A stretch of 64,000 nt of DNA from Geosiphon pyriformis uo1 (lineage: Eukaryota; Fungi; Glomeromycota). Below the pieces are notes generated by a model. That model worked only from the letters and a program-made list of their open reading frames with translations. It had not been told where the DNA came from and searched no databases. The DNA is taken from assembly GCA_016748015.1 (NCBI GenBank), contig JAAOMT010000741.1, positions 724,120 to 788,119 of the forward strand, given 5' to 3'. Position 1 is the first letter of the stretch; each line of letters starts with the position of its first letter. Shown in pieces: positions 26,681-40,097 of this stretch. Position numbers and translations under genes: made by a program.

Positions 26681-28531
26681 TAATTTAATATAACATAATG
26701 TTTTTTTAGTTTTTTACTGTACAATGATATAAACAAATGATTTTAATAAATATTACATAAAGAGACTCGAAAAGAGTAAAAGTTATCAAAAAAAAAATTT
26801 ATTATTATTATGCTTACAAGAATGTAGCCAGTACAACCTATTTTGTCATACATTAGAGGTGGATCGTGCAATTACAACAGGTGACCGGCCACTCGTTAAT
26901 TTTTAATATTATTTAAATTATTAAATAAATTAATATTTACTTGAAATTTGAAGTTAAATTATAATTATAATTTTTTTTTAAGCAGATCATATAAATAAAA
27001 ATAAAAATTATTGAATATTCAATTTAATATAAATAATAAATTTTTTTAATATTTTTGAATATGAAAAATTTTAAAATTTATTTTAAGAATCTTTTATTTT
27101 ACATATATATTTTTCTTAAAATTATCATATATACATATATATATTATTTATCTATATTATTCGAATTTGAAATTTTTTGTGAAATTCTTTTATATAACAT
27201 TTATTTTTTAATTATATATCTTTACTATAATTTTATAAATTGGATATTTTAAAGATACAATAAAGGTATTACATTTATAATAATTTTAATGAAAATTTTA
27301 ATTTTGCAATTTTAACCTGTTCTTTAAGTTTTAAAGTTTTTTCACAATAAAAATAGATAATATTTCTTTTATAATCTGTTTTTTTTTATTTAACCTTTTC
27401 ATAATATATATATACATTAAAAAATGATGTTTTTTATTTATTTATTTATTTATTTATTTATTTTGTAATTCTCTTTACGTTTGCTGTTCAATTGTTTCTT
27501 ATATATTCAATTTATTATTCCCTATCTCGAATCATGAAAAGAATTTTTGCTATAAAAACCAAATTTTAAATAAATTTAAATTCAATGTTCACATCGATCG
27601 TCCATGTTGTAAATGAAATAAAAACAAAAATTTTTTTCAATTTTTCAATTTTTAGTCGATAAAATAATTTGTGATTCCAAAAATAAGATTATATATTTGG
27701 GTATCCCCCTATCAACAGTTTAACCGGAATTTTGTATGAATCCACAAAATATTCCGTCACAGTTTTCTTAAAAAAAATTTTAACTTTGAATAAAAATCAC
27801 AAGTAAATAATAATTTCCAAATTATCATGTTGAGCCGAGCTGAACTAATTGACTGAATCATTATTAGTTTGAACAATTTTTTTTTGATTAAAGTTTTTAC
27901 CGTCTATTCTGGAATAAGATTGTTTAGTTTTTTCAATTTTTATGTTTTGAATTGTTCATCTTTTTAAATGTCCCTGCAATATAGAATATCAGTTTTTGGA
28001 TTGTTTGTTTAAGATACCTGTTTTCTATACCAAAAATAAATAAATTTAAAGAAACAATCTTAAAATTTGAGATTTTATTTTCGACCCTAATTGTTGTCCT
28101 TTTTATTGTTAATTTCTTTTCTGCCTCAGGATATTCGTCTTTTCCAAGTTTATTTTGAGATTATTCAGTAGTTCATCACCTAAAATTAATTTGAGAATAT
28201 CAAAAATAAATTATTCTTAAACAGAACAAATAATAATGTAATTTTTTTCGTATTTGAAATTTTATTGCTCCTCTTTGTATAACATTTTTGCGTGATCTGT
28301 CAACATTTTGCGATCATTAACGCAGATGAAACATATTAATTTCTTAATGAAAAATCGTTAAAATAATCGTTTTATTGGATTAAAAAAGTGAGAAAGCGAA
28401 AGTAGCCTCTTTTGAAATGGACTAATACTAGATAAGCAGAGTATGTTTTAATTAAATCAGGCGCTTTTTCCCAAATCAAGTCTTGAATGCATTGTGAAAT
28501 GAATCATGCTTAATTTTTATGCAGATTTGAT

Positions 28532-28750
28532 TTATCAGATTAAAAAATTGAGAATCATTGCATAGAAATTGGGGGCATGTGGTTTACAGGAAAATCTTTT
28601 TAAGTGTGGGGTACTAATTTTTTGAATCATTTCTTACCATAATAAACTTTATTTACAATTATGAAAGGTTTAACGAATTAGTTTTTGTCGGATTTTCCGT
28701 CTAGATGATCAATTAAATATCTGATAATGCAAAAAAAGATGATCTGATAA
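28532..28750. promoter_or_regulatory. Three ATCTGATAA GATA elements (SreA/Fep1-type iron-repressor consensus ATCWGATAA)
   Basis: Exact matches at 28532-28540 (reverse), 28719-28727 and 28742-28750, 1.8-2.0 kb upstream of the FTR1 ATG. Confidence 0.55.
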
Positions 28751-30557
28751 AATAATTAGAAAGTTCTCAAAGAATCGAGTAGACACACTTTATATCACAA
28801 CTAAATAAAATAAGATGCCAAGACATATGAATAATAACTTTCATTGAATTAATAACATCTAATATATCTGATGCAAGTTTTTTAATCGAGATTTTAAAAT
28901 TCGTTCAAACCAATTAATTGGCAATTATAAACTTTGAAAAATCTTTATAAACATTTTAAAGTTGGGAGTTTGAAATATTCACACTGTCCGGCTAACTATC
29001 TTTGATAAAATCTTTTTTTAAGGATCTTTATAAATGTGATCTATTTCAATTTAATTTTAATGTTTCATTAACTTTTCATTCTCAATTACTCTTATCCTTT
29101 TACAAAGTCCATTAAACTTTCATTATAAAATAATCTTATCCTTTTTCAACTTTTTAATTGAGAAGAGACAAAAAAAAGCTTTGTTTTAATACTCTGGGAT
29201 AAAATTCATTAAAAATTTAATAATCGAATTTCATTTTTGACATTCTACAAATCTTATTAAATGTATATGAACATAAAAAGAAAGGGTATTTTTAAATGAT
29301 TTGATAATAAGATGTATATATATAAATTATTTAAACGAAAACACATTTTGTGAAATTTAAATAACAAATGAGCGTTTTTCATGTCATAATAAAGCATGAT
29401 GATAATAAAATTCATAATGACTTTAAAGTTTTCGTCAAAAATAAAGAATTTTTCTTTTCTCCAGGTGTAAGAGGTTTCGTGCATAGAATGTTTATTAAAG
29501 TGATCAAAAAATGCAACATCAATTGTATGCGTAATTTAAATAAACCTTTTAAAAGAGATGTGAAATCCGAACAATTATGACAAGTAAGAGATTGTTTTAT
29601 TATAAATTTGTAGTACATGAAAAATCATTTTCCAAATTTGTGTCTTCTAAATTTTATCAAGAAATGAATTTTAATAATTTAAGGGAAACGGATAAAGTTT
29701 CATTAGAGCAGCAGAGAATCAAGCCTATCCTCTAAAATCTTTAGATTTTTTTTTTTTTTTTTTTTTAAAGTTTTTTTTAATCTTAAAGGAATTCTAAATA
29801 GAAATATAAACAGCATTAATCTCGTAAACTGTTAAAAAAAATTGTGTAACCTATTTAACTGAAGATTTTATGATTAAAATTTTTTTCTAGAAAATTTTAT
29901 CTAGTAAAAAAAAAAATTTTTAAGGATTTTAAATTTGATATACAGTATCTGTCCAACGATGACGGAATAAAAATTATTAAAGTTGATTAATAAAAGTCTT
30001 AAATATCTTATTTACCAACTTTATTCAATTTAATCATTGTAGTCGTACAATAAATTGGAGGATATTTTTAAGAAAAAATTATATGACCACACAACATGAA
30101 TCTTTAGTGGCGTCAAAATAATTTTAGTTAAGATCTACAAAACAAATGATAATTTTTAAGGAATTTGGCAATCAGCCCATATACTGAAAATGTTCAGCGA
30201 AGGTATTTTTCACGATACTTGCTACCTTGTTATGATGTACAAAAATTTGCCTAGAATCAACATCGCTATCTAAAAAAATTTTGCCTAATAAAATTTTTAC
30301 CCGATTGACAAAATAATTTAATTTCCCAATCGATTCGGAGAATAATTAATGCCAAAAGAAAAATGAGGAAGAATGCAACGAAAATTCATAAAAGTCATCG
30401 TCCTTTGAAAAATCTATTAAAGCAGGGACTGTGAACTTTGGGTATTTAATTGAACTTTTAAACAATTTTTTTCAAAAGATAAACTGAATTCTTCTTTTAA
30501 CGATCAAAGACTCTTAATAATAATAAGACCTTAATTCCTCCAAAAAAAATTTTTAAA

Positions 30558-31726
30558 ATGGTTTACCTTTTCGATATTCCAGCCTTCTTTATTTTGTTTC
30601 GCGAAACATTAGAATGTGCTGTTATTCTTTCCGTCATGCTTGGTTTCCTCGACAAACTATTACCAGATCCAAGTGATGCATCACTTAAAAAAAAATTTCA
30701 ACGTCAAATCTGGGCTGGACTCATCGCTGGTTTATCAGTGTCTCTTATAATTGGGGCTATATTTATCGCAGTGTTTTATACTGTAGCAAGAAATTTGTGG
30801 GAAGATAGCGAACCTATATGGGGTCAGTAACTCAAAATTTTCTTGTCAAACTACTCCTTATCTCAATGTTATGATGATTATAAGTTTGATTTGATTTTTG
30901 ATTATTTATTATTTATTATTTATTATTTCTAATTATTTCTAATAACAGAGGGTATATTCTCTTTGATTGCTTCAATTATCATAACAATTATGGCCTTTGG
31001 GATGCTTCGGGTGAAACATTGGAAACTAAAATGGGAAAACAAGTTACGGAACGCAACTGAAAACCATCTCAATAAACAAAAGAAAGGTGAAAAATGGGCG
31101 TTATTTATATTACCATTTACTGTCGTTTGCCGTGAAGCATTAGAATCCATCGTTTTCATTGCAGGGGTAAGTTTCTGAAAAAATATTCAATTTCGTATAA
31201 ATTTGAGATCAAAAAGATCTAAATTCGAATTGATTCCTGATCTTCCCAGATCGGATTCGATAAACCTGCTACTGGTCTTCCAATTCCTGCTATTCTGGGT
31301 ATCCTTGCTGGTGCTTTGGTCGGTTACATAATTTACCGAGGCTCACACAACGTAACGTTAGAAGTATTTTTCAATATCATGACCACAATATTATTCTTTA
31401 TCGCCGCCGGACTTTTTTCCATATGTTCTCATGAACTCCATGAAGCAAGTACAGGTGAGGATGAGGACATTGCTTGGGAACTGGACTGTTGTGATCCAGA
31501 TACACACCAAGGATGGGGAATTGTTAAAGCTTTATTCGGATGGAGAAATAAGGCAACTATTGCTTCAACCGTCGCATATTTTGTTTACTGGGCCGCAGTT
31601 TTGCTTGGTTTGCTTTTTATGTATTTGAGGGAACAAAAGAGGTCTATCAATGGTCCAAACAAAACTTTGACGAATGAGGACACTAATAACAGTTTTTCTG
31701 AAAAAGATATTAAAGTTCCCGTATAA
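30558..31726 (+). CDS. FTR1: High-affinity iron permease FTR1 family, 3 exons (30558-30822, 30949-31166, 31250-31726), ~319 aa
   Basis: Two RExxE motifs (FRETLE, REALE), WEGIFSLIA restored across intron 1, AAGLFS and ALFGW. Introns are GT..AG and in frame. Confidence 0.93.
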
Positions 31727-34379
31727 TGGTTCTGCAACCCTAATTTTATTGTAATTTTAAACAACCTATCATCTCTTTTGATAGGTTAATAGTCCTAAAT
31801 TCTTCTTGAATTAATTGTATTATTTTAAATATTTAATTTTTTTTACATTTTATAATAAATGTTATTAACGACGGAATATTGTGAATTTAATAATGCTAAT
31901 TCTGCAGTTTTTAAAAATGATTAATACTTTCGATCCCATCCTAATGAATATTATATTTTCAAAAATTGAAATAATAGATTATTCAAAAAAGAACTCATTT
32001 TACGTGAATCTTCTCGTGTGAATTTCTCAATGGAAATGCACAAAATTCATAATAGATTTAGTTTGGGTTTTGGAAATTTTGGTGCGTTTTTCGTGCTTTT
32101 ATTACCTATAAATAGAAATTTGACGTGAAAGAGTTATTTAAATTCCCATTAATAAAATACTAATTTTAAAGTTTTCATTTTCAATAAAATTTAAGAAAAA
32201 ACTTAAATACTAAACATCTCTACAATGAATTACCGAAACCGGTTACGCATATTGTTATTGGATATGTTCGCAATCGCGTTTTTTATCAGTTCTTAAATAT
32301 AACCCTGATTCAAGATTCAGTGTCAATAAACAAGAATTTATCACCTTCTTACCATCTTTAGCAAACAAAAAGAATGAGTTAAATATCAAAGTAGCACGAG
32401 GATATAATTGAAGTCTAGCTTGGTCAAATACAATTCATGATATTATCAAATAATATCGAAAAACGGGTTTGGTACAATTTGAAAAAAATTCCGATCAACC
32501 CAAAAAGCCTTTCAGACTATGAAAAACATGTTTTGCTGCACATTTTTCTGGAAGATTATTTTTGTTGCCCTCTTAATAAATGCAAATTATGATAAATGTC
32601 ATTTAAAGAATGTGATAATATTAATAATTGATGATTAAATGGAAAAAAAAAATTGATAATTTATTGTAAAAAATTTTGCATTAGATTGCAAGAATTTATA
32701 TATTATGACTAAAAATCTGGTTGTTTCTGATTAATATTTCAAGAAATTAGAAGATTAATGATTGTATCAAAAGATTCTTTTATTAATTAATAAATTAGAA
32801 AAATTAAAAAAATTACAATATCAAAAAAATATATTTATTAAAACTGAAAATTGGTTTGATTTTAATGTACAGACTAAAATGAGATATATATTTTAATAAT
32901 TATTATAATACAATTTTTAAAATTTATTTTATTTTAATAAAAAAATTATGCAAGAAATAAATTGTGTTGAATGTTTTGAAGTTGAGATAAAAAGATTATT
33001 TTTTTTAATTAATAATACTGGGAATGAATAATTTTTTAAAAGTTTAACCATTATTAAAATCCATTTATTTTTAGTTTATTTAATCAAAGAAAATATAAAT
33101 AAGTTTTAAAAACTTGGTAGAATGATTGAGAATTTAATTTATTTTTTATAATAATTTAAAAAAGTCTGATCATGATTCATGAAAAACAGTAGATCTCTCT
33201 TTTTTTCGGCCGTCACATGAAAAAAAAACTTTTTTCTTATTGGAAATCACAAAAATAGAAAAAACATTACACAAAAAATTACACAAAAACAAAAATTTTA
33301 ATTACTTATTTTCATATACGAGAAATATCTTGATTTATTATTATGAAATTACTTTAAAGATATTTGCGTTTTTGGAAAATCTTCAAATTTCTTCATGAAT
33401 GGTTGAAATTTTTTAAAGATTAAACACACAAAGACTGCAATAGATGGAACAATTTAGACTCAAAAAATAATTATCGACCCTTTTTTCTATTCAATTATTT
33501 GTAAAAACTAATCTAATTATGAACAATTCAATTAAAATCAAAAATTAGAAACCTTTATAAGATATCTAAAAGAAATAATACATTAGAATAATCTGAATGA
33601 ACTTTCCTAAAGTTTAATCTTTAAAGAATTCTTTGTGAATATATAATAAACTTGAAATAATATTTGGTAAACTACATTTAAAAGTAATGAGGTATTTTAC
33701 TTGAGAGAGTTAGAAGAGTACACATTTTATAGTATAGAAGATTAAATATTTGAAATTCATAAAAGTTTACTTAAAGGATATTCTAATAGGTCTCGAACCT
33801 TTATATTATTATTATTTGAAATAAGAAATCTTTGATATGCTGAGAAATCGAAATCACAAGATCAGCCCAGAAACCTAATTCAGGAAATAATCAAATAAAA
33901 ATAAATGTGGATTTACCCGAATGAAAACATTACTTTGCCTTCTCATGACATCTATAACGACCCTAAATAAGAAAGAGGATTTCCGATAAGGTTCGTGTTT
34001 TTTTATTTTTGGGTTTTCTTTTTACAAATTCTTTGGTCATTTACCTTACAATTTATAATAATAATAATAATAATAAAAATAGATTTTTTGGAGTCATATC
34101 CGATGTAAATGAGTTCTGAACAGAATAGTTTTAAATTTATCCGACATAAATTTATCCAGAAAATATTCAGTCATAGTATTTAAGCATGAAAACAAATAAA
34201 AACATACATAAATATCTGTGTATAGAAATCAAAATCTTTCGTAGGACGTATCTTTTGTAAAGAATATCACAAACTACTAAAATCCACAACTAAATTAAAG
34301 AATAGACCTCCCTGGGTGAGAAAGATTTCATAAAAAAATTCGTAAATTTGATATTTTTCCGAGATAAAGATTAGTAGAA

Positions 34380-35854
34380 ATGTTGGCAAGTGGTGATAAT
34401 TTCAATAAAAATGGGTTGCCTAAAAAACAAGAACCATTTCAACAATCATTAAAAAAACAACAACAACAACAACAGCTGCAGCTGTGGCCACAATTGAAAA
34501 TGGAAGAAGCGTTACAAAATCAAAATTCACTTTCAAGAAATTCTACAAAGGACACAAGACAATCCTCATTATCAAATGGATCAAATGGAGAAAGCTCAAA
34601 TTCCCTAAGCAATTCACAAAATTTTCAAAATTATGTGACACAACAACATTCTCAACAAAATTTTTCAACCAAAAATTCAAAATCAAATTCTGCCTCAAGA
34701 AGAAAGGAAACATATTCACTCCTCATAGATGGAAAGCCAGTAAAATTTATTGCTGACAAATATTCACCAATAATTTTTTCAAAAGCCACTTCATGCACTT
34801 CTTCAAATAAAACAGAAAAATTAGTCATAGAGCAAACAAAATTAAATTCAACAGAATCACCCTCAGTTCAAAATGAAACAGAACGATTTGTGCCTAGTGA
34901 ATTAAATTGCTCTATTAAAAACATTGAGGAACCAAAAGCTTTTGAAAGTTCTGTCAATATTCCTATAGCCTTACAAACATCTACAGGATTAACTCAGACG
35001 TCAGTAGTTGGACTACAAATTGATAATCCACAAAGAAACTCTATACATTTAGAACTTCCATCAACGCCTTTTTTGAAAAAAGATGAAGAATTAACAGACT
35101 TTTCACCAATGGACGAGCTTCATTTATGGAAGAAAGTATATTGGTTAATTTTTTCGTTGTTAAATTTTCTTACACTAGGTGGAAATTGTGCTTTAATATT
35201 TGAATCTTATTCTAATGTAAGTAATAATAAAATCTTTTCAAAATGATCAAATGACAAAAAGCTAACTAATATATTTCCAATTCTTTAATTAGTTACAACC
35301 AAAAACCCAAATTCCGATATACATTTTTACATTTTTATTGATCCTTGACATTGTAACCCGTGGATTTATTCTATACAAACTTCATTGGAAATTCACGAAA
35401 AAAGAATTATCAGTTTTCGGTTTTATATCCATAATCCTGTGTAAGTTTTCTTTCAACCTTGATAAAATGAATAAATAAATAATTAATTAATTAAATTTAC
35501 TTGATCTATTTTATAGTTAAGAAAGAAATATATCTATTGTTTGGATATCAGAAACTCACTACCGAACAAATTCGAATTCTTGGAGCATATGTGGATTATA
35601 TTTGTCTTTTATATGTTGGATTTTTCAGTTGGGCTATTTATTCGAATTTTGGGAGGCATCGAAACGAGACAATACTGATGGATAGTGTTAATTACTTGAT
35701 TAATGACCCGATAAAATATTTGACTTTTTGTTTGTTTAGTATTAACATAGCTTTGGTATTACGATTATTTTTTCGATGGGGAATCCAGTGTTGGTACGAT
35801 AATAGAAATATTAAAAAAGGTGATCAAGATGCTGTATATATTAGTATTTTATAA
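34380..35854 (+). CDS. Hypothetical membrane protein, 3 exons (34380-35216, 35293-35440, 35517-35854), ~440 aa; Q/S/N-rich N-terminus, hydrophobic C-terminus
   Basis: GTAAGT donors at 35217 and 35441 and TAG acceptors at 35292 and 35516 keep frame. About 4-5 hydrophobic segments follow residue ~250. Confidence 0.75.
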
Positions 35855-37773
35855 AATACTATTTTTAATTACTTATAAATGTCCTGTTGTATTTTCTTTT
35901 ATGAGAACGTCAATTGTGACGACATAAATTTTCTCGCAAACTTTTGATTTTGTGGCTTTTTTAGAAGTTCTCCCAACTTAATCTTAGTCAACATTAACCC
36001 AAACAAACAAATTAAAAATCCCAACGTAATTGATAGCCACGATGCTTAGATCTAAATTTTTGAATCGGCTATTCGATTCGGAAATAGAAAATTGTCATAT
36101 GATCTAAACCGGCTAATATGATTAAATCTACAACTATTTTAAAACATGTGATGATTGAAAAGAGACGTAAAAATAATTTTTACTGTCAAATTTGTTAATT
36201 GACGAAAGGGAAAAACTTTTTGATTTCATCCAAAGGAGAAGTGTCGAAAAATAAAGCGCTATATAGACTACAATTTAATTATATGATTACTTGATTAGCC
36301 TTATGCTAACTATAAAGTGAACTGCTGTTTATCATTCTACACGGCAAATTTTGTTTGCATGAAAGTAAAAGAAAGTAGGAAAATTTTAAAATATTTTGAG
36401 TCTTAAATAAGTTGTTAGGGAAGAATGAAAAGAAAAGCTTTTTAATGAGGAAAGAAAATTGAGTTAATGTATATACATTTAGCAATACAAAACCATCAGT
36501 ATAAAGTACATGCATAACAATCCAAACAAAAATTGCTTAACAAAATAAAACAACCAAAATATTTGTGTTGATTGATTTTTGTCTATAACTTTTATTTTGT
36601 AGACAAATTTTTAAAAATTTTATATATTTACAAATTATTGAAGATTAAAACATTTTTTTTATATAATGATTAATTAATAATAATAATAATAATAATAATA
36701 ATGTTATTATTATTATTTATATATAATTATTATATAAACAATATGTTCAAATAAAAAAACATTTTAGAGATTTGTAATTAATTATTCGATAATAATTCGA
36801 ACTCACAATTCTGACGATTTCAAACCCAAATACTGAATCTACATACTTGTATCTCAAAAAGTTTCACTATATTGGCCGTCTGAACTCACAAATTTCTGTT
36901 AAGGACATGAAAATAAAATGTTGAAATAGAATGTGTAATATCAATTAAAAATTTTCAGGTTTTAACTCTTGCAATGTTATTGATATTATATCTTTACCAA
37001 TGAAAGTTGCTACAAAATGTTCCTTTGCCATTGCCAACATTCACGCAGCTTTAATGAAAATTTTTAAGCTTTTGAATTCATAAAAAGTAAAAGCAAATTT
37101 TCCACTTCAGAGTATCTACTCAATATTTAATACATATACCCCTGAAAAATTTGTTTGGCTAACTTTTTTCAAAAACTTGATGAACCAAACTCAAAGTGTT
37201 CTAACTCATTATTATCTATAGAATAAATTTTTCAATTGTGATGGGCTTTGTCGAACTCGGAGACATGCGGAAATAAATGTCAATAAATTTTCATTCAATG
37301 ATAAATTATGGATCGCGCGGCATATACACAAAAACGCAAAACCAATTTCCCATTATCTCATTAATTTATTGCCAAAACGAGTAGTTCTGACAGATCTGTG
37401 AATAAGAGCATAATCCACTGCTTCTTTAAATGTGTTAGGCTGATTCAAAACCATAAACCCGAAATGACATGGTGAATTTACAATCTATCACTTACATATT
37501 AAGATTTTAAATGAAAATTGATATAGGGATCAGAGAAAAATTCAACCAATTTTATAAGCGACAACAAAGTGACTGATGAAATACTTAAAAAACCAATCTT
37601 TATATTGCTAAAGTTTTATTTTGTTATTTTGGCACAAATTATTTTTATAACACAAATTACCAGAAAATTATATACTGTATACTCAACATAAGAAATTTGA
37701 ATATATATTTTTGTTTAAAGAAATAATAATAATAATAATAATCAATAATCAATAAAATTGTTTTATTTTTATA

Positions 37774-37891
<118 letters not shown>

Positions 37892-38395
37892 GAATTTTTA
37901 AATACATATAAGTATGCATTAATTTTATATTATTAAAAATAATTTTATTTATATTATTGCAAATCAAAATAAAAAATTAAAAAACAATAAATGAATATCA
38001 AATAAAAAATTAAAAAACAATAAAGTAATTTTAAATAAAAAAATAAAATAAATATTAATATCAAATAAAAAATTAAATAAAAATCAATTTTGATTTATAA
38101 ATATTTAAAATATAAAAATAATTTTTGAATATTAAATTTAAATAAACTCAAATAATAAACTTTATTTTTCAATTAACAAATTTTAAAATTTAATCTCAAT
38201 TATTATTTATTTTAAAAATCATATCTCAATGAAAAATTATATAAATAAAGAAACTTGATATTTTCAATTAACAAAAAAAAATTAATAAAATAAAAATGTG
38301 AATTAGCAACATTATGTTTTTATTAAAAATATTAAAATTGGCTATAAAAGATTTTTTTATTTAAAATATTGCTACCGAATAAATTGTAACACATC

Positions 38396-39553
38396 AATAA
38401 TAGGCAATACTAAGTATTGTTATGTAACGCCTATTATTTCTTGCATGATCACTGTAGGACCAAATAATGCCATTTTCTTCTCAATCCATAAAAAACTTTA
38501 AATTTCGGCAGCCTACTAAGATCCTCCAGCTACAGATTTTAGAGGTATAGCCTCATTTCCAATTCTTCTATCTTGGCAATCAGACGTTGACGAGATTGAT
38601 AGTACGCCCAGCATAGCATCTGTCTAACTGTTTTGTTCTCATTTTTCGATTCACAATGTCCGATACCTCAAAAGGAGGAATGACGATAGCATCAAATTGT
38701 GAATGAACAATGCGACAGCCTTTCTGTGTATTTCTGTTTGCAAGTATAACATCTTTTGACCCATGCACCCAATCGTCTTTTCTAATCTTCTGGCTTTAGC
38801 TTTCTTACGTATTGAGGGAGCGAAGGTCATCCATAAATTTGCAAAGGCGAACAATATGACTGATGTAACAAGAGCCTATATATTGTCTACACCTTTTGTT
38901 GAGGAATACCATCTAAATGGAGTGTGAATGCCAGGATTTATGTCTTTGTATCTCGTAGACTGAGGCAAATGTCCACTCGTTGGTTTGTCAAGTATAGGTA
39001 AATTTTCCATCCCAATTGATTTTGCATGGTTCAGGCAACATGTTATCCTTAAAAATAGTTAATAAAAAATCTTGTAAAAACGACATAGATAATGATATAA
39101 AATAATTTAAAATAAAAACTAATGCAAAAAATTTATTATCTTTGCCTTGGGTGGACGTACATATGCATATATTGCTGGTGTATGAAAGTAAGAAAATTTC
39201 TGAACACGAATTGTTATAGTACATTGCAGCGTCTTACGAAATTGAAAAGAGAGATGATGTGTTAATGAACCTTGTTATCGCTGTGCATTACGTTTAATAA
39301 CTTTCTTTCGCGCAACCAATGCTTGATCAATCGCTTCGTCAGTGATTTTGGCAGAAACTGACCATAAACAACTCTTAAGTGCATGCCAAGACGGACGATG
39401 GCTCTGAAAAATCTTTCACCTCAGATAGCCGAAATGTCATAGGGCAAGAAGTTGTTTTTGTCGCTCAAGATCCTCTTTTTGCTTTGCACTAGAGACAGGG
39501 CCCAGAGATAACCTTTCTGATAGCAGAGGTGGTGAAGGTGATGGTATCAGCAT
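38396..39553 (-). pseudogene. Decayed Fanzor/TnpB-like (probably Fanzor2/IS607-type) RuvC nuclease gene with a 3' hairpin
   Basis: Motifs in the expected order across frames: SAKITDEAIDQAL, FQFRK, INPGIHTPFRWY (RuvC-I DPG, ~38935), EIHRKA, FDAIVIPPFEVSDIV, TVRQMLCWAYYQSRQRL, NEAYTSKICSW (RuvC-II, ~38553), MD*EENG (RuvC-III DRDxNG, ~38480). Confidence 0.75.
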
Positions 39554-40097
39554 TTTGAGAAGTTAGCTCAAGAAAGAGAGGTAGGAAGAGAAAAAGGTGG
39601 TGCATTTATTTTCGCGATTTAGAACCTAATAAGCATTAGTATAGGCTTATTAAGCAACATTTTCATCGACACGGATTAGTAAAAATATTTTATAGCGATG
39701 TTATGATATAAAGAGTTAATTTTCATGAAATTTACAAAAAATATATTTCTATTATATCCTTTCAATATTTACAAAATATCCGCGCACTTGCATTTGTTGA
39801 GTGAATGATGAATTACACGGGAAGAAATGATACAATAGAGTCGAAAAAATATGAGTCGAAATAAAATACAAAATAGAATTCAATTTTGAAGTGTCCTGAT
39901 CATGTAAATTACGAAAAAAAGGGAATAAAGCTGATCGGATTGATGAAGTTTTGAGTCGAGGGAAAAATCTTTGATAATCAACATGGCGCTTTTTATCAGA
40001 ATGGTTAAAGCATCACATACCTAACCACCTTAACGAAAAATAAATTACACCGCCTATTCAAATGATGAGGGCTTCCAACAGTAAGAAAACACCTTGT

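Noticed and set aside
27055-29618. Short AT-rich ORFs here and similar ones elsewhere (e.g. 5868, 13011, 36306, 52816, 59066)
   Set aside because: F/I/K/L/N-rich chance ORFs with no motifs or splice support.
36795-36900. TTCGAACTC B-box-like words suggesting a tRNA or SINE
   Set aside because: No cloverleaf or A-box could be built.
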